A stretch of 64,000 nucleotides of DNA from Tubulanus polymorphus. Lineage: Eukaryota; Animalia; Nemertea. The notes beneath the pieces are model-generated. The model ran no database searches. It saw nothing but the letters and a program-made list of their open reading frames with translations, and had not been told where the DNA came from. Shown in pieces: positions 14,301 to 27,144 of the stretch. The DNA is taken from the NCBI RefSeq assembly GCF_964204645.1, contig NC_134035.1, positions 1,922,001 to 1,986,000 on the forward strand, in the 5' to 3' direction. The position numbers and the translations under genes were made by a program. Position 1 is the first letter of the stretch; the number at the start of each line of letters is the position of its first letter.

Positions 14301-16678
14301 AGTAGACTATGCCTTAATCGATGCATTTGGAACCAGGATTTGTTTGTCCCCAATAAGGCAGTTACCAAATTAGAAACTGAATTTGGTTAGTGTAAAGGAT
14401 AGAAATTTTCTGACAAAACCACTGGATTTTGTGGTGGAGGCTCACACCCTAGCCGCAAAATCATGAGTAGATTGTATCAGAAATTTCAAATTGAAAGTTG
14501 ATTTCATATCTGAAAACGCGATATTAATTTCTCTCTCTCTCTAATTCTAGAAATTACGCACGAACATCAACTCGAATCACGCTTACTTGAAACGATGGAA
14601 CTTCGGAAGGATATTCACCAATGACGACGACGTAGTGACCACCGACGTAGAAACAATAGATCTGATGACGCAGTGTTTACACGGTCTTTACAACCAGGTA
14701 TACTTCAACTTAACCCACATGTGCACCTACACTGAGACTAATACAGGGTCCCTACAACTCCTTGATCCCTTCAAAACTCCTTTTTAAAGGAAAATGCTTT
14801 TAAAGGTGCTTGAAACTCCTTTAGTTTGGGCAAAATGTCAGAAACTCCTTTAAATCTCTTTCAATTTTGAGGAAATAGCAATTAGAAATGTTTGTCTAGT
14901 TTGTGGTTGTACAGTAAACTACCCCTTAATCGGTACAGTTTGGACCTGGATTTGTTTTTACCCAATTAGGCGGTTACCGAATTAGAAACCATGTTCAGGT
15001 AATGTTAAGGATAAAAATATGCGTACAAAACCAAATCAACAGTGTTACCGAGATAAATTGTACTGATTTAGGAGAAGTCTACTGTATTTGGGATATGATG
15101 CATATGCTACCTCAAAATTTGAAATTTTCTCCTCTAAAACTCCTTGAAAACTGCTTATATCCAGGAATGGAATGGTCTGTAGGGACCCTGTATATCCAGG
15201 AATAACTGATCTGTAGGGATCCTGTATATCCAGGAATAACTGATCTGTAGGGACCCTGTATATCCAGGAATGACTGATCTGTCGGGGACCTGCTATCGAT
15301 AAATAAGGCTTATCTTTGCTAATTTCGTATGTTATCAATAATCTGGTTAGTTTTTATTACCGCACTGTAAAAAGTTTATCTTAAAAGTTAATTGTTTGTG
15401 CGTTTGACTTTGGCTGCGTCTGCTGTCGTTTTATTGATAGCCGATGACAAACGAAACATGTGTGCAAATAGTTATATCATTGTTATCATAGTTATATCAT
15501 CTTTATTAGCAGGGGGACCTCCCTTTAGCGGGGAGGGGACCTCCCTTTATTAACTGTTTATATAGCTGCCAGCTGTTTCTCATTTCCTCCAAACCTATGA
15601 TATTCTTCTTCACCTAAAATATCCATTTTTTTCTGTGATTCTTATCAAATTTTTTCCAATTTTCGAGCAAATGTGAAATCTCCATCTTTCGATATTCTTA
15701 TCCGCCTGAAATCGCGCAGATTTTTCCATCATATTCCTATCAAATTGTTTCCAATGTTTGAATCGATGTTCCTTTTTGCGATTGTTTCAGTTGAATTCGC
15801 TGTCGCCGATGACGGCAGCCGTTGATCGCGAGTCGTCTGTCGTGTCGTTGATGAATTCGAGTCGACAGACGGATCGTATGTTGATGGAAGCGGTGAAGCT
15901 GTTGATGATGGCGACCGTTATACGACTGTACGACGATATGAAATCCGATAAAGAAGTTCCGGTGTTCGCGTGGTTGATGTTCGCTCGTGAAACGTCGCAG
16001 AATCCGCGCATGTTCTTCGCGCGACACCTCGATAAGATCGGGCACACGTCTGGACTGGAACAGGTGAGAATAGACGACCAACTGACTGTCTACATAATTC
16101 AATTGAAGAAGAAACCAACTATTATGAAGAAAAACCATGAAACTTTGACCTTTCAGCATCAATAAGTTTTGATGATGATGAGTTTCAATGCGTTAGACAG
16201 AATTGAGTTCAAAAGTTGGAACAATTCAGCTGAGAATTTTGAACTTGTATATTTCCAATAGTTTCATTTATGACAATCGCCTAAAGTTTAACACATTGAA
16301 ATTGACCCGTCATGTTACTCTTAAGGGTAACGGTGTTACTCTTTTCAAAGTAATTCGTTAGGATTTGGTAATTAGCTAGGTTGGCAGGTATGAGATTCAG
16401 AGATTTTCAATTTCAGAGTCAAATTTCAACCCGCGTACTCTATGTAGTTTCTGTGTTTATTATTTCGGCAATATTAGTATTTTACATTTCGTTGGTTTCA
16501 GGTTGAGATGTTTTTGTTGGCTTACACGCTCGGAGTATCAATCGAAGTCATCCGTCCACACGAATTCGGCCGACAAGATTACGTGACGTTCTATCAGAGC
16601 GGGTTCAGCGCGGCGGCGCCACCTGTCATAACGCTCGTTACCGAAGACGATATACATTACGACGTCGTGTTGCCATAG
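5151..16678 (+). CDS. OTULIN: Multi-exon FAM105/OTULIN-family OTU deubiquitinase with long N-terminal extension (about 940-970 aa; first coding exon not securely located)
   Basis: Exons 5151-5335, 6177-7923, 9908-10038, (10733-10825), 13482-13634, 14551-14697, 15791-16063 and 16502-16678 have AG/GT boundaries and join in frame. The translation contains RHINKDNYCAIRAALFQ (cf. OTULIN RRVRGDNYCALRATLFQ), MEAVKLLM..KEVPVFAWLMFARETS, IGHTSGLEQVEMFLLAY and TLVTEDDIHYD (cf. TLIAEDDRHYN). The symbol marks the family, not proven orthology. Confidence 0.88.
5393..5671. mobile_element. Two PIF/Harbinger-like MITEs in inverted orientation separated by a shared CTG
   Basis: TIR gggccagttgca..tgcaactggccc. 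CTG at 5390-92, 5531-33 and 5672-74. Family members at about 8770-8907, 10348-10457, 11505-12003 and 59064-59206, with a variant at 13201-13308. Confidence 0.8.
5871..6090. mobile_element. Dispersed palindromic MITE family (other copies about 12470-12682, 12890-13050, 57619-57815)
   Basis: Recurring termini aggctaaaaa..gataccttgtttctc / gagaaacaaggtatc..ttttagcct with a shared interior. Confidence 0.65.
6177..7923 (+). CDS. OTULIN-like gene large exon (Ser/Asp/Arg-rich disordered region with a short coiled coil)
   Basis: Acceptor ctctag|6177, donor cag|gtaaat at 7924. 1747-nt CpG-rich open frame ending in phase 1, which matches the 9908 exon. Heptad stretch FDKLEGDIDNLKADMNVIFARIHQL. Confidence 0.85.
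9908..10038 (+). CDS. OTULIN-like gene exon (start of OTU domain)
   Basis: tttatag| and cag|gtaaa boundaries. NVGTTRDVYSYA aligns by eye to OTULIN SVAPEMDIMDYC. Confidence 0.8.
10733..10825 (+). CDS. Putative 93-nt symmetric cassette exon (RSFTEGSFFIENSLIARKKRILSALNLYAKP)
   Basis: ttgtttctatag| acceptor and |gtaag donor, phase 0-0, no stop. Not needed for the OTULIN alignment. Confidence 0.5.
11655..11940. mobile_element. piggyBac-like MITE (TTAA target site) nested in a Harbinger-like MITE; second copy 58095-58382 in opposite orientation
   Basis: TTAA|ccctttcagtgc ... gcactgaaaggg|TTAA. Confidence 0.85.
13482..13634 (+). CDS. OTULIN-like exon carrying the catalytic Cys (TGC 13548-13550)
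   Basis: ttttccag| and cag|gtatgg boundaries. Encodes GFHAILEHSNCRSIRHINKDNYCAIRAALFQVLRNKFPIAGNLGPIDGVIQ. Confidence 0.92.
14551..14697 (+). CDS. OTULIN-like exon
   Basis: ttctag| and cag|gtata boundaries, 147 nt, phase 0-0. Contains AYLKRWNFG (cf. OTULIN NWIKQWKLG). Confidence 0.85.
14744..15190. mobile_element. TIR element (CAGGGTCCCTACA) followed by ~34-bp tandem copies of its right end to about 15293; partial copies near 3218 and 14151
   Basis: cagggtccctaca ... tgtagggaccctg termini. Repeated unit tatatccaggaataactgatctgtagggaccctg. Confidence 0.75.
15791..16063 (+). CDS. OTULIN-like exon
   Basis: tttcag| and cag|gtgag boundaries. Encodes MEAVKLLMMATVIRLYDDMKSDKEVPVFAWLMFARETSQNPRMFFARHLDKIGHTSGLEQ. 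Confidence 0.93.
16502..16678 (+). CDS. OTULIN-like terminal exon with catalytic His (CAT 16655-16657) and Asp (16661-16663)
   Basis: tttcag| acceptor. Encodes VEMFLLAYTLGVSIEVIRPHEFGRQDYVTFY...VITLVTEDDIHYDVVLP*. Confidence 0.92.
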   Translation, partial: VEMFLLAYTLGVSIEVIRPHEFGRQDYVTFYQSGFSAAAPPVITLVTEDDIHYDVVLP

Positions 16679-19600
16679 AGACAGACTACAATCTCTCGCG
16701 GCCCGAAAACATTGTCGTTCAGTTCCATAGTTTTGAACGCTGATTTGGATTTTACAGAATCAACTCTTAAACTCGCAATATGGTCAAAACTCTAAGAGTT
16801 AATTAATCTGAGAACTGATTCGATTCATTAGGGTCGAATCTAACTCTAATGATATTTTCGAACTCCTAGAGTTAAGCTGAGGAACTAGGTCCACGTTCTG
16901 TGTAGCGCGGTCTGTAGCAAGTCTACTGCAAAAAGTACTGCTTTTTGGAGGGAATTTGTTAAGGCCTTGATTTGTGGTTACTTTTCACACAAAAATATCA
17001 TTACAGGGAGGCTGATCCAGGGTAACGTGTGAGACTTGTACAAGTCCATCAAATTTTTAACAAAGAATATTGGCGCATTTCAGTGCGCCTAATATTGCCT
17101 TTTGGGCATCACATTGCCTCTTGGCAAGTTCTTCGAACTTGGCTTCTGGATCCACCCCTGCAATAGGTGCAGAAAACTGCTACTTTTTGACTACCCGGTA
17201 ATGAATCATCTGCTAAATATTTGTTAGATCATTGGTAATTGTGATACTCGGTGTTATCATTCGCTAAAATTCGAAAAGTGCTACTATTTCTGCACCAAAA
17301 GTGATGAAGAGTGCCAACTTTCGTTTTAAACCTTTTCTGCTACAAACAGTGGTGTGGCCTAGTTCCACAGTTGAGAATCTATTGAGTCTACAATGTGGAA
17401 AATGAACTGGTTTTGTCTCTGTAGATTTGAAATGGGTCGACGTTTTTTGATGAAAGGAACATAACAGCGTAAACAGTCGATGGGTTTGGATTCCATGAGC
17501 AATTTTAAATTTAACTACGATTCGACAGGGTAGACTAGAGAAATATATATATATATCGATATGTCTTTTATACGAGAAAATAGTGAAAATCTTGCAACTT
17601 GCTGTCATTGCAGGTGCAGTTGAACCTCGTTAATACAATTATGTCTAAGATGAAATCTGTTTATTGATTTCCAGCATGTCCCAGCTATAGATATTTATAT
17701 CAATCCAGATTTGGATAATACGACAGCTTCACTTTAGCCCACAAGATTCGTATTAAGGAGGTTCCACTGTACTACCCTACTTTAAAGATAAGTATAAATA
17801 ATGGTACTTTTGATTTCTTTCGCAAAAAAAACGTTCAAAATCATGGGTTGAAATTTTCTATTTGGGAATTGATTTTAGCTTCGATCTCTTAAAGGCAGTA
17901 TATGATATATGAAAACAAGGATTGTCCCGATATTTTAATTGTTTTGCGTAATTCGGTTAAACTTTTATCGAAAAGATCGGAGGACTCAGTTCCATCGTTG
18001 TTGAGTCAGATTCTAAGTGATGAACTGAGTCCTGTGATGTTATTGTTCACGCAATGAATACAAAAAATGGTCTTTTATTGAAATTGAAAGGTGCTGTATT
18101 TTGTTTATGACACTTAGCGCGCTGTTTTGTTGATCGCTATGATATATATTTTTCTTTTAATCCGATGCGAATTCTTAATTTATATACTATAAAACACTGC
18201 CAACTATTCTACTTCAATCATGTGTAAATGATGTATACGTTACCTGCGAAATCCTTCACCTCGGTTCCGCAGTGTTTAGTAACAATTTAAATCTACCCTC
18301 GCGAGTTGAAATATTTCTACCGGGTTCTAGATTTTATTTAAACTGGCAACTGTGGAACGCGAGTCCTGTATCTTTTTCATTAAGTTTGTGTTTAACGATT
18401 ATAATCAGAATTAAGAAACCGATTGTACCACCAACTTTTTTCGTTCGTTTTCCGGTTTTATCGAAATTCTTGTCATCTTGCTCAGTGCCACCTCCTGAAT
18501 TGTGTATTCCTAACTATTGGTACTAGCAATGGTCATCTCTCTTATCGCGGAGAGAGGTTCTAAGCTTGTGAACTACCCAGCACTCGGATGTCAGTTACTC
18601 CGAAGTGTGATGAAGGTTAGCAACGACCTAGATTCACACTCAGTTACCTAATCATTTCGATAAGCAGTTCAGATCATGAATTCTAGCACTGTTGATTTGG
18701 TTTTAACTTTGAGTAATCATTCTTTCCAAATCGTTTCTCTAAATGTGTCAATAATGTGGTGCTGTACTAATAAGTGTTTGATTGTCATGTTTATGCGTGT
18801 AAAGCTAGGTGTAGCTCGGCCTTGCAACTGCCGGCAATGCGACTCCGCAACTGCCAGTGACACCTTGACCTATGCGTCCTTGCGACTGCCAGTGAAGCCA
18901 GTCCCTAACGAGTTGCACATGTAACGCGACCGCTTACGAGGCCTACATGCTCTTTGTGACCAGTTGCAAGTGATCGCGTCGCCAGTCGACCTGTGTCCGC
19001 CTTAAAGTTAGCTAGACGTTTAGTCCTTATGTAAAAATCATATAGTAGAAAATTATGAAGTCGAAAAATAGTTGTGTACAAAAGTGTAGTTGTAAAAAAA
19101 CCTGGCGTTCACTGGAAAGCTTTAACTGAGATTGTAAATATAGAAGATATGGCTGTGATAGGTAAAGTCAGTTTTTCGGTGCCTAGAAACTTTACGTCGA
19201 AACTGTGAGAATTTTTGTAGCGAATTCGAATGTGTTTTTATCGTAGTTTCGATGATATGTTTTTGTTAAATTATTATAGGTGAAAAATATACTGTAGAAT
19301 TAGGAGATAAGTTTCGGTAAAAGCGCCCTCTTCCTTGGCAGGAATTTGAACATGATGGCATCGCCAAACTCTTCCACGGCACAAAACCCTGCCTGCCGAA
19401 TACCTGGGCAGTTTCTTGCTGTGGCTGATGCTCATGGTGTCATCAGGTTCAAAATCTCTTGTCGAAAATGGATGCAGTATATGGGACTGAAAATTTCAAC
19501 CAACCAAAAGAGTCCCGGCGATGCTGCTGTGGCGATAGAGGATTCCACTTGCGGCAAGTGAGGATCCACCAGGTGTGCTAGTGTGCGATAGGACGTATAC

Positions 19601-20359
19601 CACTGTGGTAAAAGCTGACCTGACTACGGCTACTATTTGGGAGTAGTTCCTACTCAAAAATATCAAAACACTCTAAAAATCAGAATAATTTCTAGTTCAT
19701 TTTCGATGAATTCTACAATTTCTACTATTTTTTATGTCACTTTTGATGTGAAAACTGCTACAAGTAAAGATTTCAGTTAGTCAGGTCTGTAAAAGATGAT
19801 TCCACTTGCAGCAAGTGAGGTTCCACTAGGTTCACTAGTAGTTTGTGGTTCTTCTGCATTACAATTTCTTCTATTTTATTCAATTGAACGTATGAAATGA
19901 TATTTTACGTATATCATTCACTTACAGTTCATTGTGATATGATATTTCAGCGTATGATGTTTTTGTATTAGTAGTTAGTAATGTCAGCACATATGACTGA
20001 AAATAAGTTGTGGTTTGGTTTTGGTGTTTCAACGATCCCATCGGATTTTGTCGAGTATAAAATCCGATTCGATCTTTTTCTGTAAAAGGAGACAAGGTTT
20101 TTCGAATTATCTTTTTTCGTGAAATGTTTCTGTCAATTTACGATAAAGCTGTCCACGTGTGTGTAGTACACTTTGTCCGAGCTCCTTTTAACTCGTCGGT
20201 AACCTCAACGGTGGGTCTTTCACTATCAGTGTTAGTATTTGAATTCGTAGAAGATTTTAGTAGAAGACGTTTCGTTTCTAAAGTATATTTTTTTATGAAG
20301 AACTTCATTATTATTATGACGGTAATCATAAGGTTACTTACATGTACTATGGAACATCC

Positions 20360-20650
20360 TCACCTGACAGGGATTCGGACCTGATGGCATCGCTACACTC
20401 AGTCACAGCACGAACCCCTGCCACACTAGACCGGGTGGGCAGCTATATGCACAGGTTTGCCGCGCACAAACTTTTGACTCCAATCAAATTGTAAAATCGC
20501 TGAGGCAAATTTCATGGAAGAACTATAATTGGAAAAACCCAGGCTAAAATAAAACAGGATTTCTAATTGCCAAATTATAACATCATCCAAGCTGCACATG
20601 TTTTGTACCACAGCGAGTCTTGATGCCATCAGGTTCGAATCCCTGCTGGG
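20360..20650. mobile_element. Two oppositely oriented tRNA-derived SINE head fragments
   Basis: The - strand copy (about 20360-20445) has an A-box-like tagtgtgg and B-box ggtccgaatccc. The + strand copy reads gatgccatcaggttcgaatccctg at 20622-20645. Confidence 0.5.
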
Positions 20651-21049
20651 GGATGATAACTTTTAAACAGCTTACGGAGAGACTTGATAGCGTTGCATTT
20701 CTCCCAACTGCCGAAACTGGTTTCAGGGATGAATTTATTAAAGTCGAAATGGTAGAACTTAAACTAATCAATTGTAAATCCTAGTTAAGCATCTATAACC
20801 CTGTGTACCTCGCCTTAAGGTTTTGTGTTAAATCAAATATCGTAAGTGTACGATTTTATGTACTGGATCAACGGACATACCTAGCCTGCATTTCTATCAG
20901 TATTCATCATCTGTATCGAGTCAAATATGCACTTGTGTAAAAAAAATACCTAACAATCAAATATTGCTCATGACAACCGCAGGTGTCAATCAGCAGCTCG
21001 GGACCACGCCCTTGACAGACATTCACCATTCATGTGCTTGATGACGCTT

Positions 21050-21100
21050 GTGGTGTCTATAAAAGTCTGGCGTTCATCGTCCGTTTGTTAGTTCGTTTTC
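21050..21100 (+). promoter_or_regulatory. Canonical-looking core promoter (CRE-like site, TATA, Inr)
   Basis: TGACGC at about 21043, TATAAAA at 21058, TTAGTT about 30 nt downstream. No downstream gene identified. Confidence 0.35.
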
Positions 21101-24100
21101 AATTGAAAATATCTCGGGTGAAGCACGGACGATTGGAAGATGGTGTCGTATGTCTCGTTGAGGGGAGTCGGGTTCAAGCTGTAAATTGATACGTCCTGCA
21201 TAAAACAGGCTTTCGGCCTTTTTTCAATTCACTCGGCAGGTGTAACGAGTAATAACCTCAGCCACGATCACATGAGCGTTTTTGGGCCTGAACAACTGGT
21301 CCAATGGCCTGTTTGATACGAGCCAAAAACATCAGACCAGGCCTGACCCAAATTTAAGCAGGTGTCAAGTTATTGCGTTTGAATTGCAACTGGTTCTGGA
21401 AGTGACTCACTTCACTTTGTTTAAGCATGGGCCAAATTCGAGTAGGGCCTGATCCGAGTCAATTTGTGATTGTGGCTCTAATCTATCTATTTAGGCGTCT
21501 GCACGTACCTAGTCGTTATATAGATGATATGCTCTATCATAATGATGTTGATAATTGTAACGTAAGCAACTGAAAGTAAGCTTAAAAAAATCATTTATCA
21601 TTTCGCTTCGAATCTCATACTGTGTATCAACATCATCTACTTAGGGAAGGGTTCATAGCAGTCCTTGAAGGTCCTTAAAGATTTTGAAATGACAATGGGT
21701 CGAGTATCATGGAATGGACTCTAGAATCCTTGGTCATTGAATGGAATCAGTCATTAGCTATCAGTCATTAGTTATCATCTGCAGATCCAGGATACAAGTT
21801 CTATGTTACAGCTCTTAAATCTACTGATTACTGAAGAATGCCTGGAGAATGTTAATTTCAGGATTCCTGGCTTAAGCATGTCCTAAGTCTTGGACAGTAT
21901 GAACCCTGCTAGGGCCTGAAATTACATGCCTTCATCCAGTTCCGCGGTTCTGTGTTGGAATTACCGGGGGAACAACTATGGAACTGGCGCTCGGGACCCA
22001 TTTCACTGTACGAATTAACATTTCATAGGTCAAAATGACGCAATTCAGATTGATGAAACTTAATGAAATGTTAATTTATGCGGTGGAACTGGTTCCCGGC
22101 TTCGAACTATCATCGTCTGTCATTAAAATGAAAGAATGACAACTGAATGTTTGTAAATATAATTGTGAGCGATCGCGAAGTCTTTTTATTTATATCAGGG
22201 GATTTAGAAATTCGATTTGTGCATTTTAGTAGTGAGTAGAATGGTATATTTATTATATTTGAAACGACGTTTAGAGAAATAGCGGGAAGAAGTTGTTTCA
22301 TGTAAACTACGCGATGAGCGCTAGATTCATCACTATTCTATCTCTCTCTCTCTATCGCAATCAGTAGGAAAGCAAGAGACTCGCACTCTCTCCGTTCCTT
22401 CTGGTGCTGTTCGTGTCTGTGAAAACATCGACGACAATATTGTGATAAATTTGTCTAATTAAGATCTACGTATAAAGTGAGATTGAAGTGAAATAAAACA
22501 TTAGAATGGTTACAGTTAGATTCCTTGTTTCGTGTCAATGTTATCGTTCGGTATTCATATTGACTTATCAGTCACTTGCCTGGAAATCAGAGATAACTCA
22601 TTCGATTCTAAGCAGATCAAGTCAGGGAAAACAACATGCATGCCAGGGAATAGTCGAGGAAACTGATTTAGAAACGACTGTATTGTTTTCAGATACCGAC
22701 TTTACCGACCGTGATACACTAGAGAAACAGTCGTTTCTAAAATAAGTTCAAATACGTTAGACAAATTAATTACGTAGCCCCAATTAACTAAACTATGGAC
22801 AATGTGAATGAATGTTGGATTCCGGGTACTATTACTAACAAATTCGAGGCTTGATAATTTTTTTTGTGTTGTCGAAAAAGTTTAATAATTCTTTTACAGG
22901 TTTTCATTTATTGCCATCCAACGATTTTTTTCTCATTACTGGATGTACTAATACTGATGACTGAGACGAATTTGTTTGTAACAGTTGAAATGAGTTCATA
23001 CTCATTCATTATTTGGAACTCTCAGATTCAAACTGAATAAAACCAAAAACCATCGTTCGTATCTGGATGACATTGACTCCGGAGCTGCCAAGATACATAG
23101 GTTTTGAAACGGGAATTCGCTACTCGACCATTAAAGACAAATTGGAATTCTCGAATTCATCGTTCACATGTGGATAAACTACAGCAACCAGTGTTAGAAC
23201 TAATGATATCGTAGAATGGATTCTCGATTTCTGACGATGGCTAAGAAATCTGTTAGGAATAAACTGGTGTATTAGACGAGAAGATACACAATATCCGTGT
23301 ATGAAGATGACGAAAGAAATCCCAGTAGCCAAGATTGAAAAATTCTTTATCAGAACGATTGTATTTGAGAAACTAGGAATATCCCCGATTCAAATTTACT
23401 CTTAAGCCTAATTCTTTCATAGAAAATTGTTTCTTTAATAGTTTCAGAGCATTTTTTTCTGGTTACAGTGTTATTGGTAGTTGAATGCACTATTTTAGAG
23501 AATAAGATTTAATTTGCTTGAAATTCTTCCTTTGGCATGTGAGCCTATCGCTTTACCGGATGCTAATACATTCCGCTGACAAAAGAGTTCTATCAAAAAT
23601 GTTTTGAAATTCCTTTTAAAAAGATGTTCCCCTTCGGAAAACCTTAGACTATTAAAGAATTATTTATATACAATGGAATCGTATTAAACATTGAACGAAA
23701 TTCGGCTAAGAAAATTTCTTTATTACTCGCATGCCACAGTATGATTGCGAGACTGAGTTAGATATCTACCGTACAGTGCTGTCCCTATGAATTACGATAG
23801 CGGAATTTTTGTGAACTAACATAGTAGCGCAAATTTACCGCCGGTATTTAGATGTCCTTATTACGTACAATACGGACCAGTGTGGCGCCTAATTCTGATT
23901 GAATATGATACTACGAACACGTTCTGAATTGTGTATTATATTGCCTTATTTTTTAGGTAGCATATTTAATTCTTTTTAGCTAAAATTCACTTATCAATTA
24001 ATTATAGTAGAATAACTTATTAATTTATATTTTTGAATATTAATTTATCATCTGAATTGACAAAATGTCCACATTTTTTCTTCGATATATTCTAATTGCG

Positions 24101-26827
24101 CGCAAATAATCAGGGAACATACAAACACCTGTCGCACTTTCCCAGACCATACTAGAAATACCCCGATTCAAATTTACTCTTTCAAGGCTTATTCTTTTAT
24201 AGAAAAATTGTTTCGTTCAAACGTTTCATAGCAGTTTTCAGAGTTTGAGAATTTTCCTCGGAATCCGGCCCGCAAATCGGTAATTAGTTCATTCACTACG
24301 GCCGTTCGAAGACTCTGGCAAGTGAATATTATGTTAGTTCACGTTTTCCACGCTGCGATTTTTTTTTCACACCAGGTCCGCCATTTTGCTTCTACATGTG
24401 ACATGCTATCACGTGATCTTAACATGTAAACGCAATAACTACCGGTATACATAAAACACGTAATCCTTATAAAACAGGAATAAGTTGAATAACTACACCC
24501 ACTAAGTAACAAAACGAGAATTGGAGTCTAGAATATAATCCTTAATTATAATGTTAATAAAATTGGGGAATTATATGCTCAATTTTATTAATTATAATTT
24601 ATACTGAAGTAGACACCGCGTGTAGAAGATGCTGTCCTCAATTATGCCAGATCCCAAAGAGCCCCAAGTCTAGACTTTTGTGTCCTTGTAAATAAAAAAT
24701 TATACGGGGGTTTATCCTCTTAGCCTCTGCAGGGAATGAAGTCTACGTCCTTGAGCTCCTTCTGAAGGACCAAAAATAAATACAGGCCTCTCCATAGGCG
24801 TTGCTAGGATTTTTTTATGGGGGTCCGAATATCGGAAATTTGGATGAATCTAGTAAGGCAGCCAAGCTGCCTTTGACGAGGACCGAAGGTCCGAGGTCCC
24901 TATGGGGGGTTTGGGGTTCTTCCCCCAAGAAAATTTTGAAAATTAGGAGCGATTCAAAGCGTTTTCCCGCCACCTTGAGTGATTACCTTGTGGAAAAAAC
25001 ACGAGCTTTTATATAGTAAAAAATGAAGAAACCTAGCCGAAAAAGGGGGTTCGTTCACACCTATGCTCTCTGCTGCCACCAGACTTCATCACCACTCATA
25101 AGTCAGAAATTTATCACAACTCAAACATTTATTTGCTAAACAAACAAGCCCAATCCTGGGTTTCCACACAATTTGTCAAAGAAAATATTTATGAAAATGT
25201 AATACAAAATTAATTATTTATTTACAAATACTGGTAGGGATCAGCAGTATGACAGCCTCAGATTGTCACGAAGAGAGACAAATTATTATATTGAAATCTT
25301 TACATATTATACTAATACATAAGAAACTATTTTATATATTTTGATAATACAGCAGAGAGAATGAGACTTAAGAGTGAGACTTAAATGATTATTGCAGTAT
25401 CTATATACGGGGTGCAGCAAGTTTTGTAACTAAAACTAACAGATTTGTCATAATTTGTCTGAATTTGGCGAGCATTTTTTTAACCGATCATCCGCTCTGC
25501 TAGCCATGAGGCTTGCGTCAGGGTGAAAGTATTAATATTCTGACACTCAATACATTTTTTCCTTACACTTTCTAAACTTCCTTCCGCGAAGCGACGTCTA
25601 AGGCTGGCTTCATGTCGACGCCTAGACCAACGCAACCGGCCGGATAATCGCCGATCAGCGCCACATAACCTCAGCGTTTTCAAACTTCCAAGCATTTTCA
25701 AACTTCAAAAGAAAAGATGCCATTGACCGCAATTCAAGAATGGCCAGTGACCTACCTGCAATACCTTTTGAAATCATTCCCCGAAGCTTTTGTTATTGGT
25801 GATGCAACCAATCACCGGCTATGAATTTTAAGGGGTCAGTTAAAAACTGGTGGGCGCTCCTACAAGTTGTCATTACACTTGGAAATTCTACACGGCGAAG
25901 AAGTCTCTGTCGCTGGTTATTGCTCAGATAGGACACATTTTAGAAAAAGAGAATTTTCATTAGATTATAACAAACGCAGCTGAGCTGATAAACTATTTAT
26001 TATTAATACAACTGGATTTTGGCAGCAGGACACGGAATTTAAATATGACTTTAAGATTGACTCTTAAATAAAAGGATTACATTTTCACGGTTGCTGTAAG
26101 GTAGGTGGAACATTTATTTAACATTAGCGGTCGAAATTATGTTTTATAGGTTTAGATTTAGGAAAAAATAGTTGCACTTTAGGTTAGGGTTAGGTTAGGT
26201 TTAATTAACAGGTATCGGTAGCCAGTGTTACAGCTTCATGGAAGATACAACAGACTCGCCTACTGATGAAAGAGCGGTTCGAATTGAATAAGGTAGGACG
26301 TATTTCAGCGTGGACTTATCAACTTCAGTTGATACGTCCATGATTTCAGTGAGAAGAAAAAGACCCCCCGAGCCACAGAAGATCGAACCCGAAGTTGAAT
26401 GATGATGACAGAGTGGCTTGAAAAAATTCAGGTGCGACTTGTATGATATGTCTAATAGTTCTTGTAGATCAATAGAATTGATGTTAGTTCTAACTAGTTA
26501 TTTGACCCCCCAATTAAAACATAATTTCAACCGTTAATTCTTAGGTATTTTGAATATATTTCCAACGCCCCCCACCCTTAAAACGAAGCTTCCACGATTT
26601 TGTGAGTAAAGCGTGACTATGGTAGGATGAGGAATTGACGATTTGGACTTGACAACTTTTTTCTACATAATAGAAACTACATAAACGTTAAGACATGAAG
26701 AGCTAGGGGGGTTGGACTATTAACCCCCCCAAAATACGAACAGAAAACAGTGTGATACAAATATAAAACAATAGACAAATATACACTAATACAATATTAC
26801 ACATTAAATGATAGAATTAAATTTTTC

Positions 26828-27076
26828 ATGTGCCATTTTATTTTGAAGTAACCTCGCGCCATTTTTTCGAAGTCTCATCTCGCACCATTTTATTTTAAAG
26901 TCTCATCTCGCGCCATTTTATTTCGAAGTCTCATCTCGCGCCAATTTATTTTGAAGTCATCTCGCGCCATTTTATTTTGAAGTCTCATCTCGCGCCATGT
27001 TATTTTTCATCTCGCGCCATTTTATTTTGAGGTTATCTCGCGCCATTTTATTTTTAAGTAATTTCGCGCAATTTTG
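26828..27076. repeat. ~22-28-bp minisatellite, about 10 copies (catctcgcgccattttattttgaagtct)
   Basis: Tandem copies directly visible. Confidence 0.9.
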
Positions 27077-27144
27077 TCTTTTTGCGCATCCCAGATACAT
27101 CACTTATTTTGTTGTTCTGTAATTAATCATATATCAACTCACTC

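Noticed and set aside
22900-23370. Decayed coding exon truncated by the array
   Set aside because: Stops occur in all three + frames and no family is recognisable.
26255-26300. Possible hammerhead ribozyme (ccta-CTGATGA...cgaat...tagg)
   Set aside because: GAAA is GAAT, and stems II and III cannot be formed convincingly.
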